The notes under the pieces are model-generated. The model worked only from the letters and a program-made list of their open reading frames with translations. It had not been told where the DNA came from and did no database searches. From Pseudomonadota bacterium (GTDB taxonomy: Bacteria; Myxococcota_A; UBA796; GCA-2862545), in NCBI GenBank assembly GCA_023954855.1, contig JAGSGY010000015.1:8553-72552 (forward strand): a DNA stretch of 64,000 bases, given 5' to 3'. Below, in pieces: positions 30,826-39,829 of this stretch (position 1 is its first letter; every line of letters begins with the position of its first letter). The translations under genes were made by a program, and so were the position numbers.

Positions 30826-31010
30826 GCACGGTTCGACTGGTCGATGCCGGACCCGACAAGGTCGCGGTGATCAAGGTTGTCTGCAAGGCGACGAAGAGCA
30901 CGCTTCAGCAGGCTTTCGATGCCGTGCAGTCAGTGCCTACGGAGCTCACGCTCGACGAAGAGAGTGTCGAGGCACTGCGCGAGCTCGGGGCCGTGCTCGA
31001 GGCGCTGTAG
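30822..31010 (+). CDS. Stand-alone ribosomal protein L7/L12 C-terminal-domain-like miniprotein (62 aa)
   Basis: [62 protein letters not shown] aligns with the L7/L12 CTD ([37 protein letters not shown]...EALKKALEEAGA), including the KVAVIK signature. ATGA overlap with the HD gene. Confidence 0.55.
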   Translation: MSTVRLVDAGPDKVAVIKVVCKATKSTLQQAFDAVQSVPTELTLDEESVEALRELGAVLEAL

Positions 31011-31328
31011 CTAGCTGCACTCCGCGGGGCCGCCGACCACAATGGTGACCTGTGGCGCGTCGTCGAGCGACAGCGTGATGGTGGTGGCGAGCGTGAAGGG
31101 AATTCCGCTGAAGACGGTCTTCCAGACGTCGTGTACCGTGTCGGCCGAGGCCGGTCCGGACAGGTCGAACTCGAAGTCGGAGACAGGTGGGTCGCCGATC
31201 ATCGTGCCACCACCGACGGGGTCGACGTCCATGCCGAGCTGGTCGCTGAGTGCCTCGCCCAGCATGTCTTCGACGTAGCCGCGGTCCATCGGCGACAAGC
31301 CGGGCGTGATGGTGCAGCTGAGCTTCAT
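31011..31328 (-). CDS. Hypothetical small protein co-transcribed with SPFH gene
   Basis: 105-aa ORF whose start overlaps the SPFH gene stop (4 nt). Its stop abuts the L12-like gene stop (TAG|CTA). Confidence 0.45.
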   Translation of the reverse strand: MKLSCTITPGLSPMDRGYVEDMLGEALSDQLGMDVDPVGGGTMIGDPPVSDFEFDLSGPASADTVHDVWKTVFSGIPFTLATTITLSLDDAPQVTIVVGGPAECS

Positions 31329-32677
31329 GACGCGGGCGGGGGCGGGGGTCCGCCGCTACCCGGGGGTGGGGGAGGACCGGCAGACAGCGCGGCCGCGACC
31401 TCGGGAACGTCCTTTGCGGGCTTCCACCCGTCAAAGCCTTCGGCCCACAGGTGGTGTGTGCCGTCAGGGGAGGCCTTGAGAATGGCGATGACCTCGTCGA
31501 GGCTCTTCTCGCCGGGTCCGGCGTCGCCGTGGTAGTGAAAACTCAAGGTTGCGGCGGCTGGAGGCACTTTTCCGGCGATGGCTGGCACCTCGGTCCACGG
31601 CTTCCAGCCCGCCCAGCCGGCCTGCCAGATCAAGTGCTTGCCGGTGCGGTTCTTGGCGACTTCCGAGGCGATGGCGTCGGCGGTGAGCTGCTGCTGACTG
31701 CCGCCGAAGGAGTAGTGGAAGGTCTCGGCACCAGGCACCGGCGGGGGAACGGCCGCTCCGCCGCCGGCCATGCCCGTGTGGGGGTTGAAGTGGGCGCCGC
31801 CCTGGCCCATGCCGGCCATCTGGTTGCCCATCATGTTGCCCATGCCAAAGCCCACACCCATGCCGATGCCCGCGCCGCCAATGCCGGTGTTTGCGGCCGC
31901 GGTGCCAATGGCGTCGGCGGCCTGCAGCTTGGCGTAGGCGTCGAGATTGCCGAGCACGCCCATCTTGGTGCGCGCGTCGAGGGCCTTCTCGACCTCTTCG
32001 GGCAGGCTGATGTTCTCGATGGTGAAGTCGGAAATCGTGATGCCGTAGGCTTCTTGCACGGCGGGATTCATGCGGTCCCGCATCGCGTCGCCGAGGTCCA
32101 TGTAGTTGGCGGCGAGGTCGAGGACGGGGATGCGGGCTTGGCCGATGGTGTCGACCAAGGCCGAGACGAGCTTGCGCTTGAGCTGACCGGTGATTTCGTC
32201 GCGGGTGAACAGCCCGTCGGTGCCGACGATCTGGCGGATAAACTCGGCGGGATCGGTGACGCGGAACGAGTAGATGCCGAAGGCGCGCACGCGGACGGGG
32301 CCGAACTCCGCGTCACGCATCATGAACGGGTTCGCCGTGCCCCAGCGGTTCTCGGTGAACTGGCGGGTGTTCACGAAGAGGATGTCGCCCTTGTAGGGGT
32401 AGGACAGGCCGTACTTGATCGTCTGAAAGAACGAGGTGATCGGCGTGTTGCGCGTGTCGAGGGTGTAGGTGCCGGGACCGAACACGTCGGAGAGCTGGCC
32501 CTCCGAGACGAAGACCGCAGCCTGACCCTCGCGAACGATGAGCTTGGACTGGTCGGTGATCGCCTTGTCGAAGACGGGAAAGCGGTAGACGACGGTGTCG
32601 GAAGAGTCGTCGGTCCAGTCGATGACGTCGAGGAACTGAGCCTTCGCGTGCGAGGTCAGCGTGTCCCAGATTCCCAT
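31325..32677 (-). CDS. SPFH/band-7 family protein (COG4260-like) with two C-terminal GYF-like DUF4339 domains
   Basis: Start MGIWDTLTSHAKAQFLDVIDWTDDSSDTVVYRFP... is the conserved COG4260 N-terminus. Gly/Met-rich linker. Two repeats of HYxxG...LIWQAGWAGWKPWTEVP / HLWAEGFDGWKPAKDVP (DUF4339). Pro-rich tail. Confidence 0.85.
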   Translation of the reverse strand: MGIWDTLTSHAKAQFLDVIDWTDDSSDTVVYRFPVFDKAITDQSKLIVREGQAAVFVSEGQLSDVFGPGTYTLDTRNTPITSFFQTIKYGLSYPYKGDILFVNTRQFTENRWGTANPFMMRDAEFGPVRVRAFGIYSFRVTDPAEFIRQIVGTDGLFTRDEITGQLKRKLVSALVDTIGQARIPVLDLAANYMDLGDAMRDRMNPAVQEAYGITISDFTIENISLPEEVEKALDARTKMGVLGNLDAYAKLQAADAIGTAAANTGIGGAGIGMGVGFGMGNMMGNQMAGMGQGGAHFNPHTGMAGGGAAVPPPVPGAETFHYSFGGSQQQLTADAIASEVAKNRTGKHLIWQAGWAGWKPWTEVPAIAGKVPPAAATLSFHYHGDAGPGEKSLDEVIAILKASPDGTHHLWAEGFDGWKPAKDVPEVAAALSAGPPPPPGSGGPPPPPAS

Positions 32678-32783
32678 GTGTTCGCCTCCGTCTCCGGTGA
32701 GCATCGCAGACGCTCGCAGCCGGATCCAGCAAGGACGTATCCACGGTTCGCCGGACGGGAAGGATCGATCCGAGGCTTGGGCC

Positions 32784-33653
32784 CTAGAGGCCGCGCGAGC
32801 CCTCGGGCCGCAGCGGGATCTGACCGGACAGCGCGGCGTCGATGGTCGCCACGATACGGGCGCGATCTTCGGGCAGGCGTCCGCCGAGGGGAAGGTAGTT
32901 CGAGGCGTGGTTGGTCCGGAACAACGCGTCGGTGGGGCGGGCCAGGTCCACGAAGGTGCGCAGCTCGCCCAGGAGATCGGCCTTGCTCGGCAGCTCGAAC
33001 TTGCCGCGGGCCTCGAGCTTGGCTTGGGGCGTACCGGGCACCACCGTCAGGGTGAGGGCCGCCAGGAACTCCGGGTCCATGGCGGTCGCGAGAGCGGCGG
33101 ACTGGGCTGCGTGCTCGGCCGAGCGCTCGGTTCCGCCGGCTCCGAGCAAGAAGATCGCCGAGACCTCCATGCCTGCGGCCTTTGCGCGCTGGGAGGCTTC
33201 GACGTGGGCATCGAAGTCGTCGCCCTTCGCGATGCGCTTGAGGGTCGTGTTGTCGCCTGACTCCGGTCCAATGTAGAGCCGCGTGAGGCCGGCATCGGCG
33301 AGCTGCTTGAGCTCGTCGTCGGTCTTCGCGGCGACATTGCGGGCCATGGCGTAACAGCTGACGCGCTTGAGTCGCGGGAGCTTGCGCGCGGCGTCGAGGA
33401 TCGGCAGCCAGTGGTCCAGATCCATGGTCAGGGCATCGCCGTCGGCGACGAAGACCTTGGTGATGCGGTGTCCGGCGGCCTTGGTGACCGTGCGCATGTC
33501 CTGAAGACTCTCGGACAGCTCGCGTACCCGAAAGCGCTTGCCGGTGTACATCGCGCAGTAGGTACATGCATTCCACGAGCAGCCGATGGTGGCTTGCAGA
33601 ATGTAGGCATCGGCCTCGCTCGGGGGCCGGTAGATGTCGCCTTCGTAGCGCAT
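32784..33653 (-). CDS. Radical SAM protein
   Basis: Start at MRYEGDIYRPPSEADAYILQATIGCSWNACTYCAMY (CxxxCxxC cluster motif), ~290 aa. Track ORF extends further upstream. Confidence 0.85.
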   Translation of the reverse strand: MRYEGDIYRPPSEADAYILQATIGCSWNACTYCAMYTGKRFRVRELSESLQDMRTVTKAAGHRITKVFVADGDALTMDLDHWLPILDAARKLPRLKRVSCYAMARNVAAKTDDELKQLADAGLTRLYIGPESGDNTTLKRIAKGDDFDAHVEASQRAKAAGMEVSAIFLLGAGGTERSAEHAAQSAALATAMDPEFLAALTLTVVPGTPQAKLEARGKFELPSKADLLGELRTFVDLARPTDALFRTNHASNYLPLGGRLPEDRARIVATIDAALSGQIPLRPEGSRGL

Positions 33654-33804
33654 GGGCGTCTCACGTCTGGGCGGGCTGTCGAAGACCTGCCGATGCGCGG
33701 GTCTATCGCGAAAGCACGACCCCAGCAGAACCGGTCTGTCTGGGAGCTCGAAAGCGCAGCTCCGTGCACGACCCGCCGGGGCTGGTACGGTCGTCGTGGA
33801 GGCG

Positions 33805-34656
33805 CCCTTGCGAAGTGGTCTCGCCCTATTGGTCTTGCTCGGTCCGGGTTGCGACCCCACCAACATCGAGGATGGAGGGGTTGATGGCTGCGGCGAGCCG
33901 TCTGCCGGCCTGTTCGACTGTAATCACTCGGACTGCGGCGAGGACTGTGTCGTGGGAAGGGCGTACGCCCTGGACTTTACGTTCATTCGCTTCGTAGAGC
34001 CGGAGGGCGTGGGGTCGCTACTGGGTGAGTACCTCGAGGACGTGGACGGGTATCTCTCACCCACCGCGGTGAGCGCGACCGAGCTCGATCTCCTGGGAGC
34101 CAGCGGCGATGGGGCAAGACAGTCCGTCTGCGACCCGACGGTCGCGCTTCCCACGGCGGCGTTCGATGACAGCCGCGCATTTGCGATCGACGCCACGGGC
34201 ACCACCACCAGCGTGCCCGCGCTCGGAGTCTCGATCCCCGTCACCGATCTGGTCGTGTCCGGCACCTTCAGCGCCGATGGCTCATCCATGCAGGACATTG
34301 TGTTCGCAGGCCTGCTCGACACCCGGCCACTGGTACCCCTGGTTGATGCGAATGGGCAAGATGACACGATCTGCGACCTGTCGAGGAGCATCGGCGTGGA
34401 CTGCAAGGACTGCGGAAATGGGCAGACGTACTGCCTCGATGTCTTCGCGGACGGCATCACCGCTTCGTGGGCGAGCGACACGACCCTCGCGCCGCTCGAG
34501 GATGTCTGCGCGCAGCCCGACGCTGAGACCCTCTGTGTCGATGCGTGTGTGAATGGCACGGTGACACCCATCTGCAGCGTGTCCAGCTTCGGCTTGGCCA
34601 CGGCCTCAGGGTTGTGGTTGGTGGTGCCGCTGGTACGCCGGCGGAAGGGGGAGTGA
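33805..34656 (+). CDS. Secreted Cys-rich protein with MYXO-CTERM-like tail
   Basis: TTG at 33805 preceded by GGAGG (5 nt). Signal peptide MRSGLALLVLLGPGC. C-terminus CSVSSFGLATASGLWLVVPLVRRRKGE (Cys / hydrophobic / RRR). Confidence 0.6.
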   Translation, partial: PLRSGLALLVLLGPGCDPTNIEDGGVDGCGEPSAGLFDCNHSDCGEDCVVGRAYALDFTFIRFVEPEGVGSLLGEYLEDVDGYLSPTAVSATELDLLGASGDGARQSVCDPTVALPTAAFDDSRAFAIDATGTTTSVPALGVSIPVTDLVVSGTFSADGSSMQDIVFAGLLDTRPLVPLVDANGQDDTICDLSRSIGVDCKDCGNGQTYCLDVFADGITASWASDTTLAPLEDVCAQPDAETLCVDACVNGTVTPICSVSSFGLATASGLWLVVPLVRRRKGE

Positions 34657-35738
34657 TGCGACCTGGGAAACTCAAGATCGACGGCTTTCCTGGCGCGGCT
34701 TTGCTGCTCAGTCTGCTCGTCGCTTGTGGTCCGGGTGCGGTCGAAGGCATCGAAGGTACCGTTGCGGGAGAGTGCACGGACGACGCCGACAACGACGCCG
34801 ACGGGCTGTTCGACTGCAACGACCCCGACTGCTCGGGGGCGGCCGCCTGCGCGGAAGGCGACACGGATGCCGACACCGACGCCGATACCGATACCGATGC
34901 GGACGCCGACACCGACGCCGATACGGACACCGACACCGGCTCAATATTCACGTGGTACGTGAACACCACCGAGCCCCCAACCGGTACTCACACCTGTCAC
35001 ACCCCAGGAAGCAGCTGGCTCACGCAGAGCGTGGACAGCGCGCGGGTGGACGACTTTCCGTTCTCGGGAATCGTGGCCGACTTCGAGACCGAAGACCCCG
35101 TGTCCGGGGCCACGGTCGAGTTGAGGCTGAACGACGAAGTGGGCGGCAGCGCCGATCGAAGTGCAGTGAGCGGCAGCAACGGCGAGCTGTCGCTGAGTGT
35201 GCCGTCGTGCCTGCCATTGACCTACCGAGTGGCCACCGATGCGCTCCAAGATGAGACGCGGGTCAGCTACACCGTGCATCAGGTGTTTCACCTTCCCAAC
35301 GCGACGATTGGCGGGTCGCTGAACAGTCTGTCGACGATCACCTACCGGCTCGTACCATCGCTACTCGGTGTGTCGGTCGACGCGGACAAGGCAACGGTCT
35401 GGGGCACGGTTCGCGATTGTGCTGGCCAGCCTTACGCGGGGGCGCAGTTGCTGGTTCGCGGCAGTGGCGGAGCCGTCCTCGAGCCCGTCTCGACCCACTA
35501 CTTTCGTGATCGCTTCCCGAATCGCGATCAGCTCGAGACGTCAGCGGACGGGCACTGGCTGGCGGCGAACGTGCCTTCCGGACCGGTCACCATCGAGGCC
35601 TATGTCTACAACGGCTCCGGCTACGACCTGCTCGGGGCCACCGAGGTGACGGTGGTGGCCGATGCCGTCATGTTCTCAGACATCACCACGGGCTACGGCT
35701 CTGGCGTGGTCTACCCGCCGTCTTGCCTGGTGCGCTGA
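34656..35738 (+). CDS. Lipoprotein with (DTDA)n acidic linker and carboxypeptidase-regulatory-like beta-sandwich domain
   Basis: MRPGKLKIDGFPGAALLLSLLVACG lipobox. CTDDADNDADGLFDCNDPDCSGAAAC Cys motif. [52 protein letters not shown]. Confidence 0.7.
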   Translation: MRPGKLKIDGFPGAALLLSLLVACGPGAVEGIEGTVAGECTDDADNDADGLFDCNDPDCSGAAACAEGDTDADTDADTDTDADADTDADTDTDTGSIFTWYVNTTEPPTGTHTCHTPGSSWLTQSVDSARVDDFPFSGIVADFETEDPVSGATVELRLNDEVGGSADRSAVSGSNGELSLSVPSCLPLTYRVATDALQDETRVSYTVHQVFHLPNATIGGSLNSLSTITYRLVPSLLGVSVDADKATVWGTVRDCAGQPYAGAQLLVRGSGGAVLEPVSTHYFRDRFPNRDQLETSADGHWLAANVPSGPVTIEAYVYNGSGYDLLGATEVTVVADAVMFSDITTGYGSGVVYPPSCLVR

Positions 35739-35757
35739 CCCTGCTCGAGGAGGGCCC

Positions 35758-36822
35758 TTGATTCTTCGCGGCTGGCCGGTGAGCCCGTATACGGCCAAGA
35801 CCCGTGCCTACCTTCGGTTCTGCGAGCTCGAGTTCACCGAGCGGCAGCCCACCGCATTCGGCTTGTACTTTCGCGTGCAGAAGAAGGTCGGGAAGATGGT
35901 GATGCCCACCCTCGAGCTGGACGACGGGCGCTGGCTACAGGACACCTCGGACATCGCGGACTTCTTCGAGAATCGCGACCCGAAAGTGACGCCGGAGGCA
36001 CCGCTCAACCGCTTCCTGTCGGCCTTGTTCGAGCTGTTCGGCGACGAGTGGCTGATCATCTGCGCGATGCAGGCGCGGTGGCGCACACCCGGCAACCCCG
36101 AGTTCGCCATCGCTGAGTTCGGTCGAACGGGCTTTCCCGGACTTCCGGGCCGGGTTCAGCGACGGCTCGCGCGCCCTCTGGCCGAGCGCATGCAGGCCCA
36201 TCTTCCGCGCATGGGCCTGACGCCAGCGATGGGCACGGCGTTCGACCAGATGCTGGACCAGTGGCTGGCTGACCTCGACGTTCATCTCGAGAAGCGCGAC
36301 TACTTGCTCGGCGGGCGTCCCTGTCTCGGTGACTTCGCGTGCATGGGGCCGATCTACGCTCATGTCTGGCGCGATCCTGCGTCTCGTCACCGCGTCGAGG
36401 CGCATCCGCGGGTGCTCGCTTGGATGAATCGAGTGCACGAGGGCGAGCCGGCGTCGGGGGACTGGGCCGCCGAGGTCCCGGCGACGCTCATCCCGCTGCT
36501 TGCCCCCGTCTTCACGCAGATGCTGCCGTGGATTCGGACTGTTGTGGACGCGGTCAATGCCTGGTGTGCGGAACACCCGGGATCGAAGCGTGTGCCGCGC
36601 GCGCTTGGCAACGCCGCCTTCTCGGTGGGGGACACGAACGGTGAGCGGGTGATGGTGACCTTCGCGCACTGGATGGCGCAGCGACCGCTCGCCGTCGCCA
36701 ACGAACCCTCGGTGCAGGCCTGGCTCTCTGAGCACGGCTGGCACGAGGCGGTGAACAGCATTGAGCTTCGGCACCCGATGGTGCGCCGCGACTACCGCGA
36801 GTGGCTCGAGACGACCTGCTAG
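35758..36822 (+). CDS. Glutathione S-transferase family protein
   Basis: TTG start (GGAGG upstream). LILRGWPVSPYTAKTRAYLRF thioredoxin-like GST N-domain, C-terminal helical GST domain. ~354 aa. Confidence 0.8.
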   Translation: MILRGWPVSPYTAKTRAYLRFCELEFTERQPTAFGLYFRVQKKVGKMVMPTLELDDGRWLQDTSDIADFFENRDPKVTPEAPLNRFLSALFELFGDEWLIICAMQARWRTPGNPEFAIAEFGRTGFPGLPGRVQRRLARPLAERMQAHLPRMGLTPAMGTAFDQMLDQWLADLDVHLEKRDYLLGGRPCLGDFACMGPIYAHVWRDPASRHRVEAHPRVLAWMNRVHEGEPASGDWAAEVPATLIPLLAPVFTQMLPWIRTVVDAVNAWCAEHPGSKRVPRALGNAAFSVGDTNGERVMVTFAHWMAQRPLAVANEPSVQAWLSEHGWHEAVNSIELRHPMVRRDYREWLETTC

Positions 36823-37607
36823 CGCGCGTCGCGGGTGGCGAGTTCTTCGTCGGCCTTCACGATCAGGTCCTGGTTTCCGGTGGCGACCAGACCGATGCGG
36901 GCGTCCTCGGTGAGCAGGCCGTCTGCCGCGGTCACGACGTAGAGCCAGTTCGTGAGCAGGCGCAGGGTCTCGTCGCCGTCCTCGACGAAGACATCGAGGC
37001 CGAAGGTCTGGTTGACGCAGTTGTTGCCGTTGTCGGAGCAGCCGGCCTCCGAGATCCAGTGTCGAGCCACGAAGGCGCGTCGGTCGCCGAGGCCTACCCA
37101 GCGGTAGTCCTTACGCAGCGAATAGGGGATCTCGACGCCGAACGGCCCACCCTTGAGCACCTCGTTCTCGGTGCGGACAAGCCCGGTGCCGGCGGCAAAG
37201 GTCTCGGCGTCGCCCTCGATGATGCTGCGGTCGTACACCTCGAAGGTCGACGGGTCGTTCCAGATTTGGTCGGCCTCGACGACGGCGGCGGCGTGCAGGT
37301 CGATCGAGAACGCGCTCGGCCCCGAGTTCGCGATTCCGACGTGATCGGCCAGGTCCTGACCCTCGGGGATGGTCACCTGCACCAGGTCGTCTTCGGTCAG
37401 GTTCGTCAGCCGCATGCCGAGCCAAGCCTCGTCGGTGCGGCCGTTCTCGGCAATCCAGTCCACGAGTCCTACCATCGCGAGGTCGAAGTCCTGGGCGTCG
37501 TCCCAGGTCCGGTAGACGTCGTGGGTGCGCTCGTCGAGGGTCGGTGGCGCGGCGTCGCGTTCTTTCGCGCAGGCGAAGAGCAGGAGCAGGGGAAGCATGC
37601 GGGTCAT
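36819..37607 (-). CDS. Lipoprotein, hypothetical
   Basis: MTRMLPLLLLFACAKERD lipobox. 262 aa. The track merges it into a 646-aa ORF whose upstream part is antisense to selO. Confidence 0.7.
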   Translation of the reverse strand: MTRMLPLLLLFACAKERDAAPPTLDERTHDVYRTWDDAQDFDLAMVGLVDWIAENGRTDEAWLGMRLTNLTEDDLVQVTIPEGQDLADHVGIANSGPSAFSIDLHAAAVVEADQIWNDPSTFEVYDRSIIEGDAETFAAGTGLVRTENEVLKGGPFGVEIPYSLRKDYRWVGLGDRRAFVARHWISEAGCSDNGNNCVNQTFGLDVFVEDGDETLRLLTNWLYVVTAADGLLTEDARIGLVATGNQDLIVKADEELATRDAR

Positions 37608-37655
37608 GGACTCAGGATACCCGAACATTCCGGGGTCAGCGGGATACGCGGCCCT

Positions 37656-39212
37656 ATGCACACCATCTCCGAGCTCGATCTGCGTACTGACTTTGTGGAT
37701 GCGCTGCCCGGCGACGCCTCCCAGGTCCCCGGTTCCCGGCAGGTCTTCGAGGCCTGCTGGTCCTCGGTTCAGCCGACACCGGTGGCCGGTCCTCAGCTTC
37801 TTGTGGTGGTGCCAGAGGTCGCAGAACTGCTTGGTCTCGATCCCGCTCCGACCGACGAGTTGGCGGCGGTGCTCGGCGGAAACCAAGTCGTGGACGGCAT
37901 GAAGCCCTTTGCGGCTTGCTACGGCGGCCACCAGTTCGGCCACTGGGCCGGTCAGCTTGGCGACGGACGGGCCATGACCCTCGGGCAGGTCCACCACGAT
38001 GGCCAGTCCTTCGAGCTGCAGCTCAAGGGGGCCGGCCCGACACCGTACTCGCGCCGTGCAGATGGCCGAGCGGTGCTGCGCAGCTCGCTGCGGGAGCTGA
38101 TCTGCAGTGAGGCCATGCATCACCTCGGCGTGCCGACGACGCGAGCGCTCGCCTTGACATGGACCGGGGACGGGGTGCTGCGCGACATGCTCTACGACGG
38201 GCATCCCGAGCATGAGCCCGGCGCCATTGCGACCCGGGTGGCGCCTTCGTTCCTGCGCTTCGGAAGCTTCGAGATCCATGCCGCCCGGGGCGATCGAGAG
38301 ACCTTGCGCACCTTGGTCGACTACACCATCGACCGTCACTTCCCCGAGCTCGAGAAGGGCGATGTGGTCGGCTTGTTTCGGGAGGTCTCGCGGCGCACCG
38401 CGCTGTTGATGGTCGACTGGATGCGCGTGGGCTTCGTGCACGGCGTGATGAACACCGACAACCTCTCGGTGCTCGGCCTCACGATGGACTACGGCCCTTA
38501 CGGCTGGCTTGAGCCCTACGACCTCGACTGGACGCCAAACACCACCGATGCCCAGGGCAAGCGGTATCGCTACGGGTGGCAGCCGTCGGTCGCGCGATGG
38601 AACCTGTCGCGGTTTGGCGGCGCGCTCTCGGCCTTGGTCGAAGACACCGCCCCGCTCGACAAGGTGCTGGTGGACTACGCCGACATCTACGACGAGGCCT
38701 ACGTCGCGATGATGCTGCAGAAGCTCGGTGTCGAGTCCACCGACGCAGAGGGTGACCACGCGCTAATCGAGGGGCTCTCCGCACTGCTGACGTCCACCGA
38801 GACGGACATGACGCTGTTCTTCCGGCGCCTCGCGGATGTGCCCGCGGGTGCGCCCGCTTCAGAGGCGGCTTCGATTCTCGCCGAGGCGCTCTACGAGGAC
38901 GTAGAGGACTACGCGACCCTGCTCGGTGATTGGTACGCCGTCTATTCGGTTCGGGTGGCGGCTTCGTCGCAGTCGGATGCAAAGCGTCGCGCGTCGATGA
39001 ACGCTGTCAATCCGCTCTACGTCCCGCGCAACTACCTGGCCCAGCTCGCGATCGACGCGACGGAGCCCGGCAAGACCGAAGCCCTCGAGGAGCTACTCGA
39101 CGTGCTCCGCAAGCCGTACACCGCGCAGCCTGGCCGCGAGAAGTACGCCGAGAAGCGGCCCGAGTGGGCGCGCAATCGTCCCGGATGCTCGATGCTGTCC
39201 TGCAGTTCCTAG
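37656..39212 (+). CDS. selO: Protein adenylyltransferase SelO (YdiU/UPF0061 family)
   Basis: [20 protein letters not shown] start. [61 protein letters not shown] motifs. 518 aa. Track ORF starts 855 nt upstream in non-coding-like sequence. Confidence 0.9.
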   Translation: MHTISELDLRTDFVDALPGDASQVPGSRQVFEACWSSVQPTPVAGPQLLVVVPEVAELLGLDPAPTDELAAVLGGNQVVDGMKPFAACYGGHQFGHWAGQLGDGRAMTLGQVHHDGQSFELQLKGAGPTPYSRRADGRAVLRSSLRELICSEAMHHLGVPTTRALALTWTGDGVLRDMLYDGHPEHEPGAIATRVAPSFLRFGSFEIHAARGDRETLRTLVDYTIDRHFPELEKGDVVGLFREVSRRTALLMVDWMRVGFVHGVMNTDNLSVLGLTMDYGPYGWLEPYDLDWTPNTTDAQGKRYRYGWQPSVARWNLSRFGGALSALVEDTAPLDKVLVDYADIYDEAYVAMMLQKLGVESTDAEGDHALIEGLSALLTSTETDMTLFFRRLADVPAGAPASEAASILAEALYEDVEDYATLLGDWYAVYSVRVAASSQSDAKRRASMNAVNPLYVPRNYLAQLAIDATEPGKTEALEELLDVLRKPYTAQPGREKYAEKRPEWARNRPGCSMLSCSS

Positions 39213-39829
39213 TTGTCGAGAGCGCCCTCGAGAATCCATGCCTCGAGCAGTCCGAACTGGTCGGTGGTGAGCGGGGTGCCGTTCTTGGGCATGTCTCCGC
39301 CATTTCCGCCGACGTCCCGCTGAGTGCCGTTGACCTTGTGCCAGAGGTAGCTGTTCGCCGTGGACCCGGGCTCGATCAGGTCGAGGTCGGACTGGGTTGA
39401 GGGGACGTTGACCGTGGTCACGTAGGCGCCGATGAGGTTCAGTCCAGCGTCCGCGGTGTTCGCGTTGTGACAGCCCGCGCACTTGATCGACAAGATCGGC
39501 TGAACGTCGTCGGCGAGCGAGACGGTGCTCGTGTCCGTGTCCGCGTCGGCGTCGGTGTCCGCGTCGGCATCGGTGTCCGCGTCGGCATCGGTGTCCGCGT
39601 CGGCATCGGTGTCTGCGTCGGCATCGGTGTCTGCGTCGGCATCGGTGTCGGTGTCGGCATCGGTGTCTGCGTCGGCATCGGTGTCCGCGTCGGCATCGGT
39701 GTCTGCGTCGGCATCGGTGTCGGTGTCGGTGTCCGCTTCCGGGTCGCTGGTGTCGACGCTGTCGGTGTCGGTGACGGATGCGTCGGTACACGCGAGGGTG
39801 CCGAGCAAGACCAGAAGAGAGATACGCAT
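39209..39829 (-). CDS. Lipoprotein with (TDAD)n linker and PSCyt1-like (Planctomycete cytochrome c) CxxCH domain
   Basis: ATG at 39827-39829 (GGAGG 5 nt upstream). [16 protein letters not shown] lipobox. (TDAD)~14. C-terminal [19 protein letters not shown]...YLWHKV...[27 protein letters not shown] matches the PSCyt1 pattern, including the CxxCH heme site. Confidence 0.7.
   Translation of the reverse strand: MRISLLVLLGTLACTDASVTDTDSVDTSDPEADTDTDTDADADTDADADTDADADTDADTDTDADADTDADADTDADADTDADADTDADADTDADADTDTSTVSLADDVQPILSIKCAGCHNANTADAGLNLIGAYVTTVNVPSTQSDLDLIEPGSTANSYLWHKVNGTQRDVGGNGGDMPKNGTPLTTDQFGLLEAWILEGALDN
39529..39737 (-). repeat. Imperfect 12-nt tandem repeat (GTCGGCATCGGTGTCCGC)n encoding (TDAD)n
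   Basis: ~17 copies seen directly on the plus strand. In-frame within the PSCyt1 lipoprotein gene. Generates the spurious ORFs 39439..39714 / 39467..39874 / 39525..39935 in the track. Confidence 0.8.

Noticed and set aside
37608-38759. Upstream part of track ORF 36819..38759
   Set aside because: Antisense to selO. Only the 3' third (36819..37607), which begins with a lipoprotein signal peptide, is coding.
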